This document shows positions 19,241-29,224 of a DNA stretch of 64,000 bases, piece by piece. Numbering within the stretch: the stretch's first letter is position 1; the number at the start of each line of letters is the position of its first letter. A program made the translations under genes and the position numbers. The notes below the pieces were generated by a model. That model was not told the origin of the DNA. It saw only the letters and a program-made list of their open reading frames with translations, and searched no databases. The stretch is from assembly GCA_965541585.1 (NCBI GenBank), contig CBEUCH010000014.1:1-64000 (forward strand), written 5' to 3'. Source of the DNA: an uncultured bacterium. Lineage in GTDB: Bacteria; Zixibacteria; MSB-5A5; UBA10806.

Positions 19241-21140
19241 ATTCTTTATTCGCAGACGCCTGTTGGCCTGTTTCCTGCCGATCCTGGGCTTCTTCTTCTT
19301 GCCGTCGGTGTGCGGCTCGCAGTCCGTCTTCGAGGAGCTGCGTGGTCGATATCGCCTTGTTTATGATTCTACATTCATCTGGCCCGACGGCAAGGGCGGA
19401 TTCGATTACGTCAGACGATTCATATCTGAGGTAGTCCTTGCAGAGGATGGAAGGGGTGTGCTCTCACGCCCGGCGACCCCGATTCTGAAAAAGGAAGATG
19501 AGATCGGGATAACAGCCTATACCGTGCTGCCATCCGGGGAAATTCATTATGCAGATTCAACCGATCTGGTCACCAGGACTTTTCCCGGAGACGCCAGGAG
19601 AATCTTCGTCAATTTCCGGCAACCGGAACCGGGTGCGATGCTGCATTTTGAATGGACCCTGATATCGAAAAAGGCGAACATATCCGGTAAGCGTTTCCTG
19701 GGCAGGACGGTCGGAGTCGATTCAGCGATAATCATTATAACTGTTCCGGAGACCTGGGTTTTCAATTTCGCGATCTCCCCGGAACTTGCTGTCAGAGAGG
19801 CAAGACTAAGAGAGCGACTTGTAGATGGCCCCGCCCGGGTAAGCTATTCCTGGGCTGCGACGAATCTTGGCCCCCTGAATATTGAGGAGTTTTCCCCACC
19901 TGTCCATCGAATGATATACTGCGTTTATTTTTCTCTATCGCTCGATGTTGGATGGCCCGATCCTGAATTGCAGAAGGTAAGCTGGGCGAAGATCGCAAAG
20001 CTCTATTACACCGAATTACAAGATTTCATCAAAGAGAGCTCGTCTATCGATCGGATTGTCGATTCGCTAGATGCCCTGGTTTCGGATGATAGGGAGGCGG
20101 CCGAAGCCGCCTTCGATTGGGTCAGAGGGAATTTCATACCTCAATATCCCGGCATATCGTTTTCCAAACGGTTAGACGAGGTTATTGAACGGGGCAGGGG
20201 AACCCGGGCGGAGGGGGCGGCAATTCTGTATGCGATTCTTCAAAAGTTGGTTATTCCCTGCGCCCCTTATCTGGCAGCCTCCCACGACACTGGAGATCCG
20301 ATGCCGGATCTGCCCGGCCTTTTCTGGTTCGATCGGGTGCTGGTGGCCTGTTTCCTGGATGGAGACACGATCTGGACAGATCCTTCTTATCCGGCAATAG
20401 AGCTGGGTATTCTGCCGTTCGAGGATCAGAATATCCCGGTGCTTCGTCTCGATGAAGCCACCGCGGAATTCGCCTCCACACCCGATATCGATTACCATGA
20501 CAACGGCAAAGCGATTCATCTAAAGCTCGATATCGATTCGTCAGGAGCGCTATATGGTGAGGCAACTGAAATATATTCAGGGGCGTTGATAGCCGAAATA
20601 TCCTCTTATATGTTCAGCCTGGAAGAGGAGCAGAGAAAAATGCCCTGGGAGAGGAAGCTGGCCAAATCCTTTCCGGGGGTGAAGCTTCTGAGGTTCGTTT
20701 CTATTCCTCCGGTGGCGGAGGGCGAGGCTTATCGGGTCGGCTATACATTTACCACGGGGCCGATAATCAGGCCTTTCGCCAGGCGGGCATATATCCCGAT
20801 GGATCTCCTGGGGCGATGGGAGGATTTGCCCGCGCTACCGCCGGGAAGCAGGCAATTCCCGATCGAGCTCCGCAGGCCGAGGTTTGAATTTGAGAGGATT
20901 ACGCTGAATATCTCGCCTGCTCTGGAGGTGGAATACATCCCCAAGAATTTTTCCATGAATAGCTATATCGGCGAGATATATTCGGTAGCGCGAAAAGACG
21001 AAAATACCATTACGATTACCCGGGGTTTTGGCCTGAAGAGATCGAAGCTTCCGCTCTCGGCATATAAATCGCTCAGAAGATTTTTCAACGCAGCGCGAAC
21101 TGAGGCCGATAAGCAGATCATTTTAAGAAGGATTGATTGA
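19221..21140 (+). CDS. Secreted DUF3857/transglutaminase-like paralogue, probably inactive
   Basis: Same architecture as the preceding gene, but GRGTRAE and WFDRVLV replace the Cys and His motifs. Confidence 0.7.
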   Translation: MSRSADRFFIRRRLLACFLPILGFFFLPSVCGSQSVFEELRGRYRLVYDSTFIWPDGKGGFDYVRRFISEVVLAEDGRGVLSRPATPILKKEDEIGITAYTVLPSGEIHYADSTDLVTRTFPGDARRIFVNFRQPEPGAMLHFEWTLISKKANISGKRFLGRTVGVDSAIIIITVPETWVFNFAISPELAVREARLRERLVDGPARVSYSWAATNLGPLNIEEFSPPVHRMIYCVYFSLSLDVGWPDPELQKVSWAKIAKLYYTELQDFIKESSSIDRIVDSLDALVSDDREAAEAAFDWVRGNFIPQYPGISFSKRLDEVIERGRGTRAEGAAILYAILQKLVIPCAPYLAASHDTGDPMPDLPGLFWFDRVLVACFLDGDTIWTDPSYPAIELGILPFEDQNIPVLRLDEATAEFASTPDIDYHDNGKAIHLKLDIDSSGALYGEATEIYSGALIAEISSYMFSLEEEQRKMPWERKLAKSFPGVKLLRFVSIPPVAEGEAYRVGYTFTTGPIIRPFARRAYIPMDLLGRWEDLPALPPGSRQFPIELRRPRFEFERITLNISPALEVEYIPKNFSMNSYIGEIYSVARKDENTITITRGFGLKRSKLPLSAYKSLRRFFNAARTEADKQIILRRID

Positions 21141-21143
21141 GCG

Positions 21144-21953
21144 ATGCCGGAGTTGCCGGAGGTTGAGACCATCGTAAGAGATCTCAAGGGACGAGTGATC
21201 GGGGCGGAGATCCGGGGAGTCAGCTTTCTAAATGGGTCGATATGGCGCAACGGCAAACCTCCTTCACGATCCCTGATTCAAAGGAAGATCGAAAATATAG
21301 ATCGCAAGGGCAAAAACATCCTCATACATCTTTCCAAAAACCGCACGCTGGTTGTACATCTGAAGATGACGGGGAGATTGACGTTCGAGGCCTCCGGAGT
21401 TCCGCTGGTCAAGCATACGCATTTTGCGATCAAGCTTGATAATGGAGAACTTCGGTTTAACGATGTCAGGCGGTTTGGCTATCTCGATCTTGTGAAATCA
21501 TCTGAACTTGACAAAATAGGTTATCTATCACGACTGGGACCTGATCCTCTCCTGATAGCTGAAGATGAATTTATCAGGATCATCCGGTTGAAAAGGCGGA
21601 TCATTAAATCTTTACTATTAGACCAGAGAATCATCTCCGGCCTGGGGAATATTTACACCGACGAGGCGTTGTTCCTGGCGGGGATACATCCGCGAAGAAT
21701 CTCCTGTGGTCTTAGCCGAAAACGCTTAGGACAACTCTACCAGGCAATAATTGAGATATTGAATGCGGCGATCGAGGGCCGGGGCTCATCCGTCGGCGAT
21801 TATGTGGATGGCTCAGGTTTGCCGGGCTTCTACCAGGAACGCCACAAGGTATACGGTCGCGAAGGGCAACCATGTTTTCAGTGTGATAGACCTATTAAAA
21901 GGGAGATTATCGGCAGCCGGTCTGCGCATTTCTGCACGCGCTGCCAGAGGTAG
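21144..21953 (+). CDS. mutM: Formamidopyrimidine-DNA glycosylase
   Basis: MPELPEVE, RKGK, HLKMTG, GLGNIYTDE and a C-terminal C4 zinc finger. Confidence 0.97.
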   Translation: MPELPEVETIVRDLKGRVIGAEIRGVSFLNGSIWRNGKPPSRSLIQRKIENIDRKGKNILIHLSKNRTLVVHLKMTGRLTFEASGVPLVKHTHFAIKLDNGELRFNDVRRFGYLDLVKSSELDKIGYLSRLGPDPLLIAEDEFIRIIRLKRRIIKSLLLDQRIISGLGNIYTDEALFLAGIHPRRISCGLSRKRLGQLYQAIIEILNAAIEGRGSSVGDYVDGSGLPGFYQERHKVYGREGQPCFQCDRPIKREIIGSRSAHFCTRCQR

Positions 21954-21966
21954 ACATTTGGAGGAT

Positions 21967-22168
21967 GAGATCGCTTCGTCGTCTCATACGAGTCGTACGA
22001 CCTGCGGACTCCTCGCGATGACGAAACCTCCCGCTGACATTCCCGATCCTACAGATCCGTAGGACCCCGGTCAGGAATCCAGCGCAGAGGCTTCCCTATG
22101 GATTCCCGCGTGCGCGGGAATGACATTATTATCTTTATACAGCAGGGGCGAGGTTACCTCGCCCCTAC
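21967..22168. repeat. Cluster of REP-like palindromic elements
   Basis: GAGATCGCTTCG...CCTCGCGATGAC (21967-22022); GACATTCCCG...GGAATCC..GGATTCCCGCGTGCGCGGGAATGAC (22036-22124); GGGGCGAGGTTACCTCGCCCCTAC (22145-22168). Confidence 0.7.
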
Positions 22169-22307
22169 AAACATGATTATTATTATCTCAAATATATTAA
22201 TTTTATGGTCGTTGAATTCCGTGGAGTCTTTGCTCTGGCGAAATAGATTCCGGATGAGATTTTATTTCCCAGGGCATCCCGGGCGTCCCATATGATTTTT
22301 CCCTCCT

Positions 22308-23638
22308 TTATCTACATTTCAAGAATCCTATTTCTTGTTTCGAATGCTGTAAATCCCGATCATACCTCCTCTCGATTCTCAACGCTGTCTCTCTCCTCCT
22401 CGCAATCGCAATCGTGCTGGCAGCCAACAACAACAAAGCCAAGATGAGCATCCCCCATTCAGACAATGTTGGTATCTCCAAAATCTCATCCCGGCGGCTA
22501 TAGTAAATACCGCGCCCATCCAGGCCGCTATCCTGCCGCCAGACAACGTGCACGGTCTCATCCACAACAGCCAGATCCGGCGCCAGAGACATTCCGGGAT
22601 CATCCTCTATCCTCTGCTGTTCTCCCCATGTAGTTCCATTGTCTTCACTCAGCATATAAAAGATATCCCCCTGGTTATATCTCCAATCCTCCCAAACCGA
22701 ATGAATCAAATCCCCCTGCCAGATGACATTCGGATATAGAGCATCATGGGTGAACGTTATTTGCTCTTCCTCCGACCAGATTTCTCCAGAATCATAGCTG
22801 TATCTTACGAACAGATCCCCGCGCCAGAGATTGGGCGAATATTTGTAGTCCATCCAGCAGACAATCAACTCGCCCCGGTCATTTATGGCGACGGAGGGCC
22901 AGTCGGAGCCCTCGCTATCAAGAGTCGAAAGCATGATGTTCTCAGACCAGCTATCACCGGAATCGGTGCTTCTTTTATAGTAGATTTCCCATTCGTCATC
23001 ATAATTGAACCTGCCTACCCAGACGAAGTGAATGATATCTTCTCTGGCCACGATTTCAAAGCGCCCCGTCTCCTGTGTCTGGAAAACCTCTGTTGGTTCC
23101 GCCCAGGTCTCGCCCCAGTCGTTACTCTTAGTGAATTCAACCACGATCTGCTGCTCAGCTGTGCGACTATAAATCAAGAATAGTGAAGAGCCAAAGAAGG
23201 AGAATGCATGTTTATGAAGTTCATAGCTGTTTGAGGGTAGAATATAGGTGACGTTTCCCCATGATCCGCCTCCGTTTGACGAACGCCGAAATCCAAGATT
23301 GTATTGCCCCCCCCTGGAAGATTCTGCCACCATATGGTAGCCACACTATCTCCTTTCACTTGGACCCAAGGCGAATCTTCGCCCTCTGATATCAAAGAAT
23401 TACCTAGACGGAAGGGCTCCGCCCAATTTCCCCCCGCGTTTATACTTCTCAGATAATGTGACTCTGCATGCCCTGTCCATATCCAATAAACGACATGCAA
23501 GGTATCCCCATTAGCGGCTATCCCCGGGCCAAAGGACGTAGCCTCATCGCTTATCCGCACCGGTGGCGTCCAGCCGGCATAAGAAACTGAGGCCAGCAAC
23601 ACCAACCACGGAATTATCAGGTTTCGACAAACACGCAT
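22308..23638 (-). pseudogene. BNR/Asp-box repeat (sialidase-like fold) protein with IPTL-CTERM, split by a frameshift
   Basis: 5' frame (ATG 23638; signal peptide; RSINAGGNW) and 3' frame (RSSNGGGSW, KSNDWGETW, RSTDSGDSW; IPTLSEWGMLIL..RRR) switch at a G8 run, 23307-23314. Confidence 0.8.
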
Positions 23639-23757
23639 GATGATACCTGCCACTGCTTCGCAATAGATATGGCTTTTAATAAATATAACCAATTTCCAAG
23701 AAAATGTGATATTTTTCTTAGAAGATATATACTGGATTGGCGCGTTGGCGGGAATGA

Positions 23758-24885
23758 CTATAGCGGTTTTTCATAAACCCGGTATCGCTTATACGGCCGG
23801 GCGCCCATGTCGACTGCGCCTTTATTCATAAGCGTGTTGCGCTCCAAGATCCAGGACAACTCGGCCCACTTGTAACCCTTGCGCCTACCCTCGTTGTAGG
23901 TATCGACGAAGAAAATCATATCCAGGCCGAGCTTCTGATATTTATGCACGACACCCATCGTAACTAACCTGAGCCCGGTGATTATCTTTTTGACTTTCGT
24001 GTAATAAAGGAACTTGAACAGTCCCAGCGGGAATAGCCGTCCGTTCATCTTCTTAAGCACCGGATTGTAATCGGGCAGGGCCAGGCAAAATCCGGCGGGC
24101 TCGTTATCGATGAATGCCAGCAAAACAATATCGGGATCGACAATCTTTCTAAAATCGTCGGCAGTATATTTGAATTCCTCCGGTGTCATGGGAACGAAAC
24201 CCCAGTTTTTGCTCCAGGCGGAATTGTAGATAGTCCTGACGATATCGAGCTCGTTTTCAAAATCTTTCATATCGATTGTGCGTATCGTGATCCTGTTTCT
24301 GGAGCGAATTTTCCGGACAATTCTCTGTATTCTCTCCGACGGGGCGCTACTATCATCGATATAATAGGCAAGCAAATCCTCCACCTTTTTCAGGCCGAGT
24401 TTATCATATAGAGCAAGATAATACTGTGGGTTGTAAACCATCATAAACGACGGCAGCGAATCAAAACCTTCCACTAATAGCCCCATTTCATCGTTGGAGG
24501 AGAAATTCGCGGGACCCCTAATGGTCTCCATTCCCTCGGCCTTAACGAAATCCTCGGCGGCGCGCAGAAGCCCGGAGGCCACATCGATATCGTCGATGCA
24601 ATCGAAAAAGCCGAAGAAGCCGGTCTTTTCGTCATGGAATTCATTATGAAGGTCGTTTATTATACCGGCGATCCGGCCCACGGGCTCATCGTTTTTGTAT
24701 GCCAGGAAATATGACACGCGGGCATGCTGAAAGAACGGGTTGGCCTGTTTGTCGAGAAACTTCTTTCGGTCCGATATCAGATGCGGGACATAATAAGGAT
24801 CGTTTTTATACAGTCTGAAGGTCAGTTTTATGAATTTTCGTAAATCGTTTTTGGTCTTGACTTCTCTTATAGCTATCGATGACAA
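23758..24885 (-). CDS. YghO-like double-GNAT acyltransferase, probable bacterial ceramide synthase (bCerS)
   Basis: NPFF..A, GRIAG, GFFGFF, GPANFS, NWGFVPMT and ELSWILERN motifs. Abuts spt. Confidence 0.75.
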   Translation of the reverse strand: MSSIAIREVKTKNDLRKFIKLTFRLYKNDPYYVPHLISDRKKFLDKQANPFFQHARVSYFLAYKNDEPVGRIAGIINDLHNEFHDEKTGFFGFFDCIDDIDVASGLLRAAEDFVKAEGMETIRGPANFSSNDEMGLLVEGFDSLPSFMMVYNPQYYLALYDKLGLKKVEDLLAYYIDDSSAPSERIQRIVRKIRSRNRITIRTIDMKDFENELDIVRTIYNSAWSKNWGFVPMTPEEFKYTADDFRKIVDPDIVLLAFIDNEPAGFCLALPDYNPVLKKMNGRLFPLGLFKFLYYTKVKKIITGLRLVTMGVVHKYQKLGLDMIFFVDTYNEGRRKGYKWAELSWILERNTLMNKGAVDMGARPYKRYRVYEKPL

Positions 24886-26067
24886 TTATATGATTCCGAA
24901 TTGTTTGCCGATTTGATGGAATGTCTCCAGGACCCGGTCAATTTGTTCGTCGGTATGGGTGGCAGTATAGCTAGTCCTTATTAGCGCCTTACCGGGTGGC
25001 ACGGCGGGCGGGATGATGGGGTTGGTGAAGAGGCCGGCTTCGGTGAGCGCTTTCCAGAACGTGAAAGTCTTCATATCTTCGCCGATGTAGATTGGAACTA
25101 TAGGCGTTTGCGTGGGGCCGATATCAAAACCCATATTGGTGAATTCTTTATGCATCCGCTTTGTAATCTCCCACAGGCGAGCCCGTCTCTCCGGCTCGGA
25201 TCTCAATATCTTGAGAGTGGCCCGCACCGCAGCCACTGCCGCCGGTGGAGGTGAAGCGGAGAATATCAGCGTCCTTGAGTGATGTTTTATATAATGAATG
25301 GTTTCCTCATCGCCTGCAATAAACCCTCCAAGGGAAGCGAATGACTTGGAGAAGGTTCCCATTACGATATCGACCTTATCCTCGAGATGAAAATGCTCTG
25401 CAGTTCCCCGCCCGTTATCCCCTAACACCCCGATGCTATGGGCATCGTCGACCATAAGCCGGGCATCATATTTTGATGCCAGCTCCGTGATCTTCGGCAG
25501 ATCTGCGATATCACCCTCCATGGAGAAGACACCATCGGTGGCTATCAGTTTTCCTCCGGGGGAGTTGTTTTTCTCCAGAAGCCGTTCCAGGTCGGCCGTA
25601 TCATTATGCTTATATTTCTTGAACTCTCCGAACACCAGCCGGCAACCATCGACGATAGAGGCGTGATTGGCTCTATCACCGAATATTATATCATCTTTGC
25701 CGACAAGGGTAGGAATGGTGCCCAGGTTGGTCTGGAAGCCGGTCGAAAAAACCAGGGCGGCTTCTTTTTGCATAAAATCCGCCAGCTCTTCTTCCAGTTT
25801 GACATGTATATCGAGTGTACCATTGAGAAAACGGGAACCGGTACAGCCTGAACCGTATTTGTCCACCGCTTTGTGTATAGCCTCGATGACATCGGGGTGG
25901 TTTGTCAGGCCCAGATAATTATTGGAGCCGATCATTATAACTTTTTTACCCTCGGCGATAACCTCTGTGCCGGGAGAGGACGATATCTGTCTGAAATATG
26001 GATACAGCCCCGCCGCTTCCACTTCGCGGGCAACCTTGAAGTTCTTATACTTTTCAAATAAGTCCAT
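24886..26067 (-). CDS. spt: Serine palmitoyltransferase (alpha-oxoamine synthase family)
   Basis: ATG 26067 after [35 protein letters not shown] and GTFSKS motifs. Closely resembles Bacteroides-type Spt as recalled. Confidence 0.75.
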   Translation of the reverse strand: MDLFEKYKNFKVAREVEAAGLYPYFRQISSSPGTEVIAEGKKVIMIGSNNYLGLTNHPDVIEAIHKAVDKYGSGCTGSRFLNGTLDIHVKLEEELADFMQKEAALVFSTGFQTNLGTIPTLVGKDDIIFGDRANHASIVDGCRLVFGEFKKYKHNDTADLERLLEKNNSPGGKLIATDGVFSMEGDIADLPKITELASKYDARLMVDDAHSIGVLGDNGRGTAEHFHLEDKVDIVMGTFSKSFASLGGFIAGDEETIHYIKHHSRTLIFSASPPPAAVAAVRATLKILRSEPERRARLWEITKRMHKEFTNMGFDIGPTQTPIVPIYIGEDMKTFTFWKALTEAGLFTNPIIPPAVPPGKALIRTSYTATHTDEQIDRVLETFHQIGKQFGII

Positions 26068-26182
26068 TAAATCTCCGGGATCGCAACAAACGCCTTGCAG
26101 GGATACCATCAATCACCTAATTTTGCCATGCGAATTGTCAAGTTACCGTGCGCTTTTTTGAAAGTCAAGAGGATAAGGCAAG

Positions 26183-27166
26183 ATGCGAAAGATACTCGTA
26201 ACCGGCGCTAATGGATTCATTGGATCGCATATCTGCGAAACGTTGCAGAGCGCTGGCTTCGACGTCCGGGCGCTGGTCAGGCGGACATCGGATTTGACCA
26301 ATATAATGCATCTCGATCTTGAGCTTGCTCACGGCGATTTGAACGACGCTGATTCGCTTCCGGCGGCGATCGAAGGTGCAGAGGCAATAGTCAACAACGC
26401 AGGTATTACAAAAGCTCTGGATAGTGATATGTTTGATCGCGTGAACTCAGCCGGAACAGAAAATATTCTGAAGGCGATTGAGAGATCAAATCCGGATATT
26501 AAGGATTTTATACAGATTTCTTCAACCGCGGCCTCAGGCCCGGCGCCATCGGATACGCCCATCGATGAGGATTATCCACCGCGGCCGCTGACGGCTTACG
26601 GAAAATCGAAGCTTGCAGGCGAGACGGCGGTTTTAGCCTATCGTGATAAATTCCCGGTGACTGTACTGAGACCTTCTGCCGTTTATGGCCCCCGCGACAA
26701 AGAAATGCTGTCGTTTTTCAAGGCCGTGAGTTTTCGGCTCAAGCCGACATTCGGAACAGGGGAATGCTATGTCAATTTCACCTACGTTAAGGACCTGGCG
26801 CAGGCCGTGGCGAGAACGCTTACAGAAGCTTCGTCATCTGGCAGCGTATATTTTGTTGCTGAGAAAAGACGGTATTCGTACAGCGAGGCCGGTGATATAA
26901 TGAGCGAGGTTCTGGGAATTAAGGGGTTGGATATACATGTGCCTGCCACCTTGCTGAGGTTTGCGGGAAAGATATCGGAGATAACTGCTAAATTAAGAAA
27001 TAAGGCGTCCATATTTTCAGCGGATAAGGCCTTGGAGATATCGCAAAAATACTGGCTTGTCGATACTTCCAGAATTGAGCGCGAGTTGAGCTTTGTGTCT
27101 CCCACGTCGTTCAGAAATGGCGTTATAGAAACGGTTGACTGGTACAGGAGGCATGGGTGGCTGTAG
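26183..27166 (+). CDS. NAD-dependent epimerase/dehydratase (extended SDR), candidate ceramide reductase CerR
   Basis: TGANGFIG, YGKSK and RPSAVYGPRD motifs. Divergent from spt. Confidence 0.7.
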   Translation: MRKILVTGANGFIGSHICETLQSAGFDVRALVRRTSDLTNIMHLDLELAHGDLNDADSLPAAIEGAEAIVNNAGITKALDSDMFDRVNSAGTENILKAIERSNPDIKDFIQISSTAASGPAPSDTPIDEDYPPRPLTAYGKSKLAGETAVLAYRDKFPVTVLRPSAVYGPRDKEMLSFFKAVSFRLKPTFGTGECYVNFTYVKDLAQAVARTLTEASSSGSVYFVAEKRRYSYSEAGDIMSEVLGIKGLDIHVPATLLRFAGKISEITAKLRNKASIFSADKALEISQKYWLVDTSRIERELSFVSPTSFRNGVIETVDWYRRHGWL

Positions 27167-28311
27167 ACATGTTCGACTTTCAGAAAGCTCGCTCGAATTT
27201 TATGCTGGCCGATGGCTTAATCTATCTGAATCACGCATCGCAAGGTCCTCTACCGATACCATCGCGGGAGGCCTATGACCTGTATCTTGATAGATGGCAA
27301 AAGATGGATCATCGGCACGAGGCCGAGCTCTTTACGAGCCTCGAGAACGTCCGAAAAGACCTGGCCGGGCTGATCGGTGCCACTCCCGACCGGATAGGGA
27401 TCTCGTCCACGACCTCTTTCGGCCTGAATATCGTCTCGGCAGGATATCCCTGGGCCGCGGGTGACAATGTGGTTGTTTCCGACGGGGATTTTCCAGCCAG
27501 TATTTATCCCTGGATGCGTTTGGAATCCAGCGGCGTAGAGATTAGATTCGCCAGAAACAGAGGCGGCTTTATCGATGAGGACGCCTTAATGTCGCTGTCC
27601 GACGGCAGGACGCGTGTGATCTGTATAAGCTGGGTGCAATTCAACAACGGTTATCGGGTCGATCTTGGGAAATTGGGGGGATTCTGTCGTGAAAATGGGA
27701 TTATCTTCTGCGTGGACGGCATCCAGGGAACCGGCGTAATTCCCATTGACGTGCCGTCGGAGTATATCGACCTGTTCAGTTGTGGCTGCCAGAAGTGGAT
27801 GCTTGGCCCGTATGGTACAGGCTTCTTTTATCTATCTGAAAGGGCCGAGGAGATGATCCATCCGCCACTTCTGGGCTGGCTTTCTGTCGACTGGGGGGGC
27901 GAATTTACAGATCTATTAAAATACAGGTTGGCTCCGCGGACGGGGCCGTCGAGATACGAAATAGGAACCTACCCATTCCAGGATATATCTGCCCTTGAAG
28001 CCTCTGTCGACCTGCTACAGTCATTCGACAGGCAGGCTGCATGGGACCATATAAGATCGCTGACAGGCATGATAGGCGAATTTGTGGAATCCGATCGCAG
28101 ATACGAATTGAAATCATCGATGGATGATTCAAGAAGATCAGGAATTATGGCCATTCAAGCCACTGATTCTCGAAAGCTCTTTTCCTACCTGACGGATAAG
28201 AGCTTCGCGGTCAGCCTCCGTGAGGGGGCCGTGCGGATCTCTCCCCATTTCTACAACAGCCCGGGTGAGATCGAATCGCTAATTGAGTCATTACAGAGTT
28301 TTAAAGCATAG
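27157..28311 (+). CDS. Class V PLP aminotransferase / cysteine desulfurase-like protein
   Basis: YLNHASQGP, VDGIQ, QKWMLGP and RISPHFYN motifs. Start may be ATG 27169. Confidence 0.85.
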   Translation: MAVDMFDFQKARSNFMLADGLIYLNHASQGPLPIPSREAYDLYLDRWQKMDHRHEAELFTSLENVRKDLAGLIGATPDRIGISSTTSFGLNIVSAGYPWAAGDNVVVSDGDFPASIYPWMRLESSGVEIRFARNRGGFIDEDALMSLSDGRTRVICISWVQFNNGYRVDLGKLGGFCRENGIIFCVDGIQGTGVIPIDVPSEYIDLFSCGCQKWMLGPYGTGFFYLSERAEEMIHPPLLGWLSVDWGGEFTDLLKYRLAPRTGPSRYEIGTYPFQDISALEASVDLLQSFDRQAAWDHIRSLTGMIGEFVESDRRYELKSSMDDSRRSGIMAIQATDSRKLFSYLTDKSFAVSLREGAVRISPHFYNSPGEIESLIESLQSFKA

Positions 28312-28448
28312 AATCCGGCTCTCACTAAAAGGGGCTGTAAAGCCTGGATATAAAAGAATTATCGGATTAACAGATAATTATTCTTAAGACCGTAACTGGT
28401 GCTCTCCTGACTCAAATATTCCGAACTGCCCATCAAACAAGGTTTCTA

Positions 28449-28477
28449 TTGACAGCCCCGTATTTAATTATTAAAAT
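28449..28477 (+). promoter_or_regulatory. sigma70 promoter of kdsB (probably leaderless)
   Basis: TTGACA-N17-TAAAAT ending 5 nt before GTG 28483. Confidence 0.7.
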
Positions 28478-28482
28478 AACCT

Positions 28483-29223
28483 GTGCCGCATGTAATTGGA
28501 ATAATTCCAGCCCGATATCAGTCAAAACGTTTCCCCGGCAAGCCCCTGGCTCTGCTTGGAGGAATCCCCTTAATTGTCCGGGTCCTTGAAACCGCACGGA
28601 ATGCAAAGCTCATTTCTGAGGCGTATGTGGCAACCGACGATGATAGAATCGCATCGACCGTTAGGCAACACGGCGGACAGGTACTGATGACATCGAGTGA
28701 TCCGCCCACCGGAACGGACAGGGTAGCCGAGGCGGTTTCGGATCTCAGAGGTGGTGATTTCATCGTTAATATCCAGGGAGACGAACCGTTTCTCTCCGGC
28801 GACGTTATAGATAAGGTCATAACCGCTCTTGATGATAGTGACGTCGCGATGTCGACCGCCTGTTCGCCGATCGAAGAACGGAGTCAGGCGGACGATCCTA
28901 ATGTCGTTAAGGTTGTACTGGACGGGGCCGGGAACGCCCTTTTCTTTTCGAGAAGCAGAATACCGTACGACCGCTCGGGTCAGGCCGGCGTAGCACAGCT
29001 ATATCGCCATATCGGGATCTACGGCTTCAAGAGAGATTTCTTGATGAAATTCAGATCGCTGGAGAGAACCCCGCTTGAAAAGTCCGAAGGCTTAGAGCAG
29101 CTCCGCGCTCTTGAGCATGGATATAATATTAAAACGGTTGTTGTCGAAGGGGAATTCCCGGGGATAGACTCCGAAGAAGATTTGTTCAAGGCGGAGGAGC
29201 TTCTGGGTAAGAGGAGACGCTGA
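28483..29223 (+). CDS. kdsB: CMP-Kdo synthetase
   Basis: [28 protein letters not shown] and LEQLRALE motifs. Confidence 0.96.
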   Translation: MPHVIGIIPARYQSKRFPGKPLALLGGIPLIVRVLETARNAKLISEAYVATDDDRIASTVRQHGGQVLMTSSDPPTGTDRVAEAVSDLRGGDFIVNIQGDEPFLSGDVIDKVITALDDSDVAMSTACSPIEERSQADDPNVVKVVLDGAGNALFFSRSRIPYDRSGQAGVAQLYRHIGIYGFKRDFLMKFRSLERTPLEKSEGLEQLRALEHGYNIKTVVVEGEFPGIDSEEDLFKAEELLGKRRR

Positions 29224-29224
29224 G

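Noticed and set aside
24886..26067. Annotation as bioF or kbl
   Set aside because: No bio or tdh context. The YPYFR N-terminus and the neighbouring GNAT and SDR genes favour Spt, though bioF/kbl is not formally excluded.
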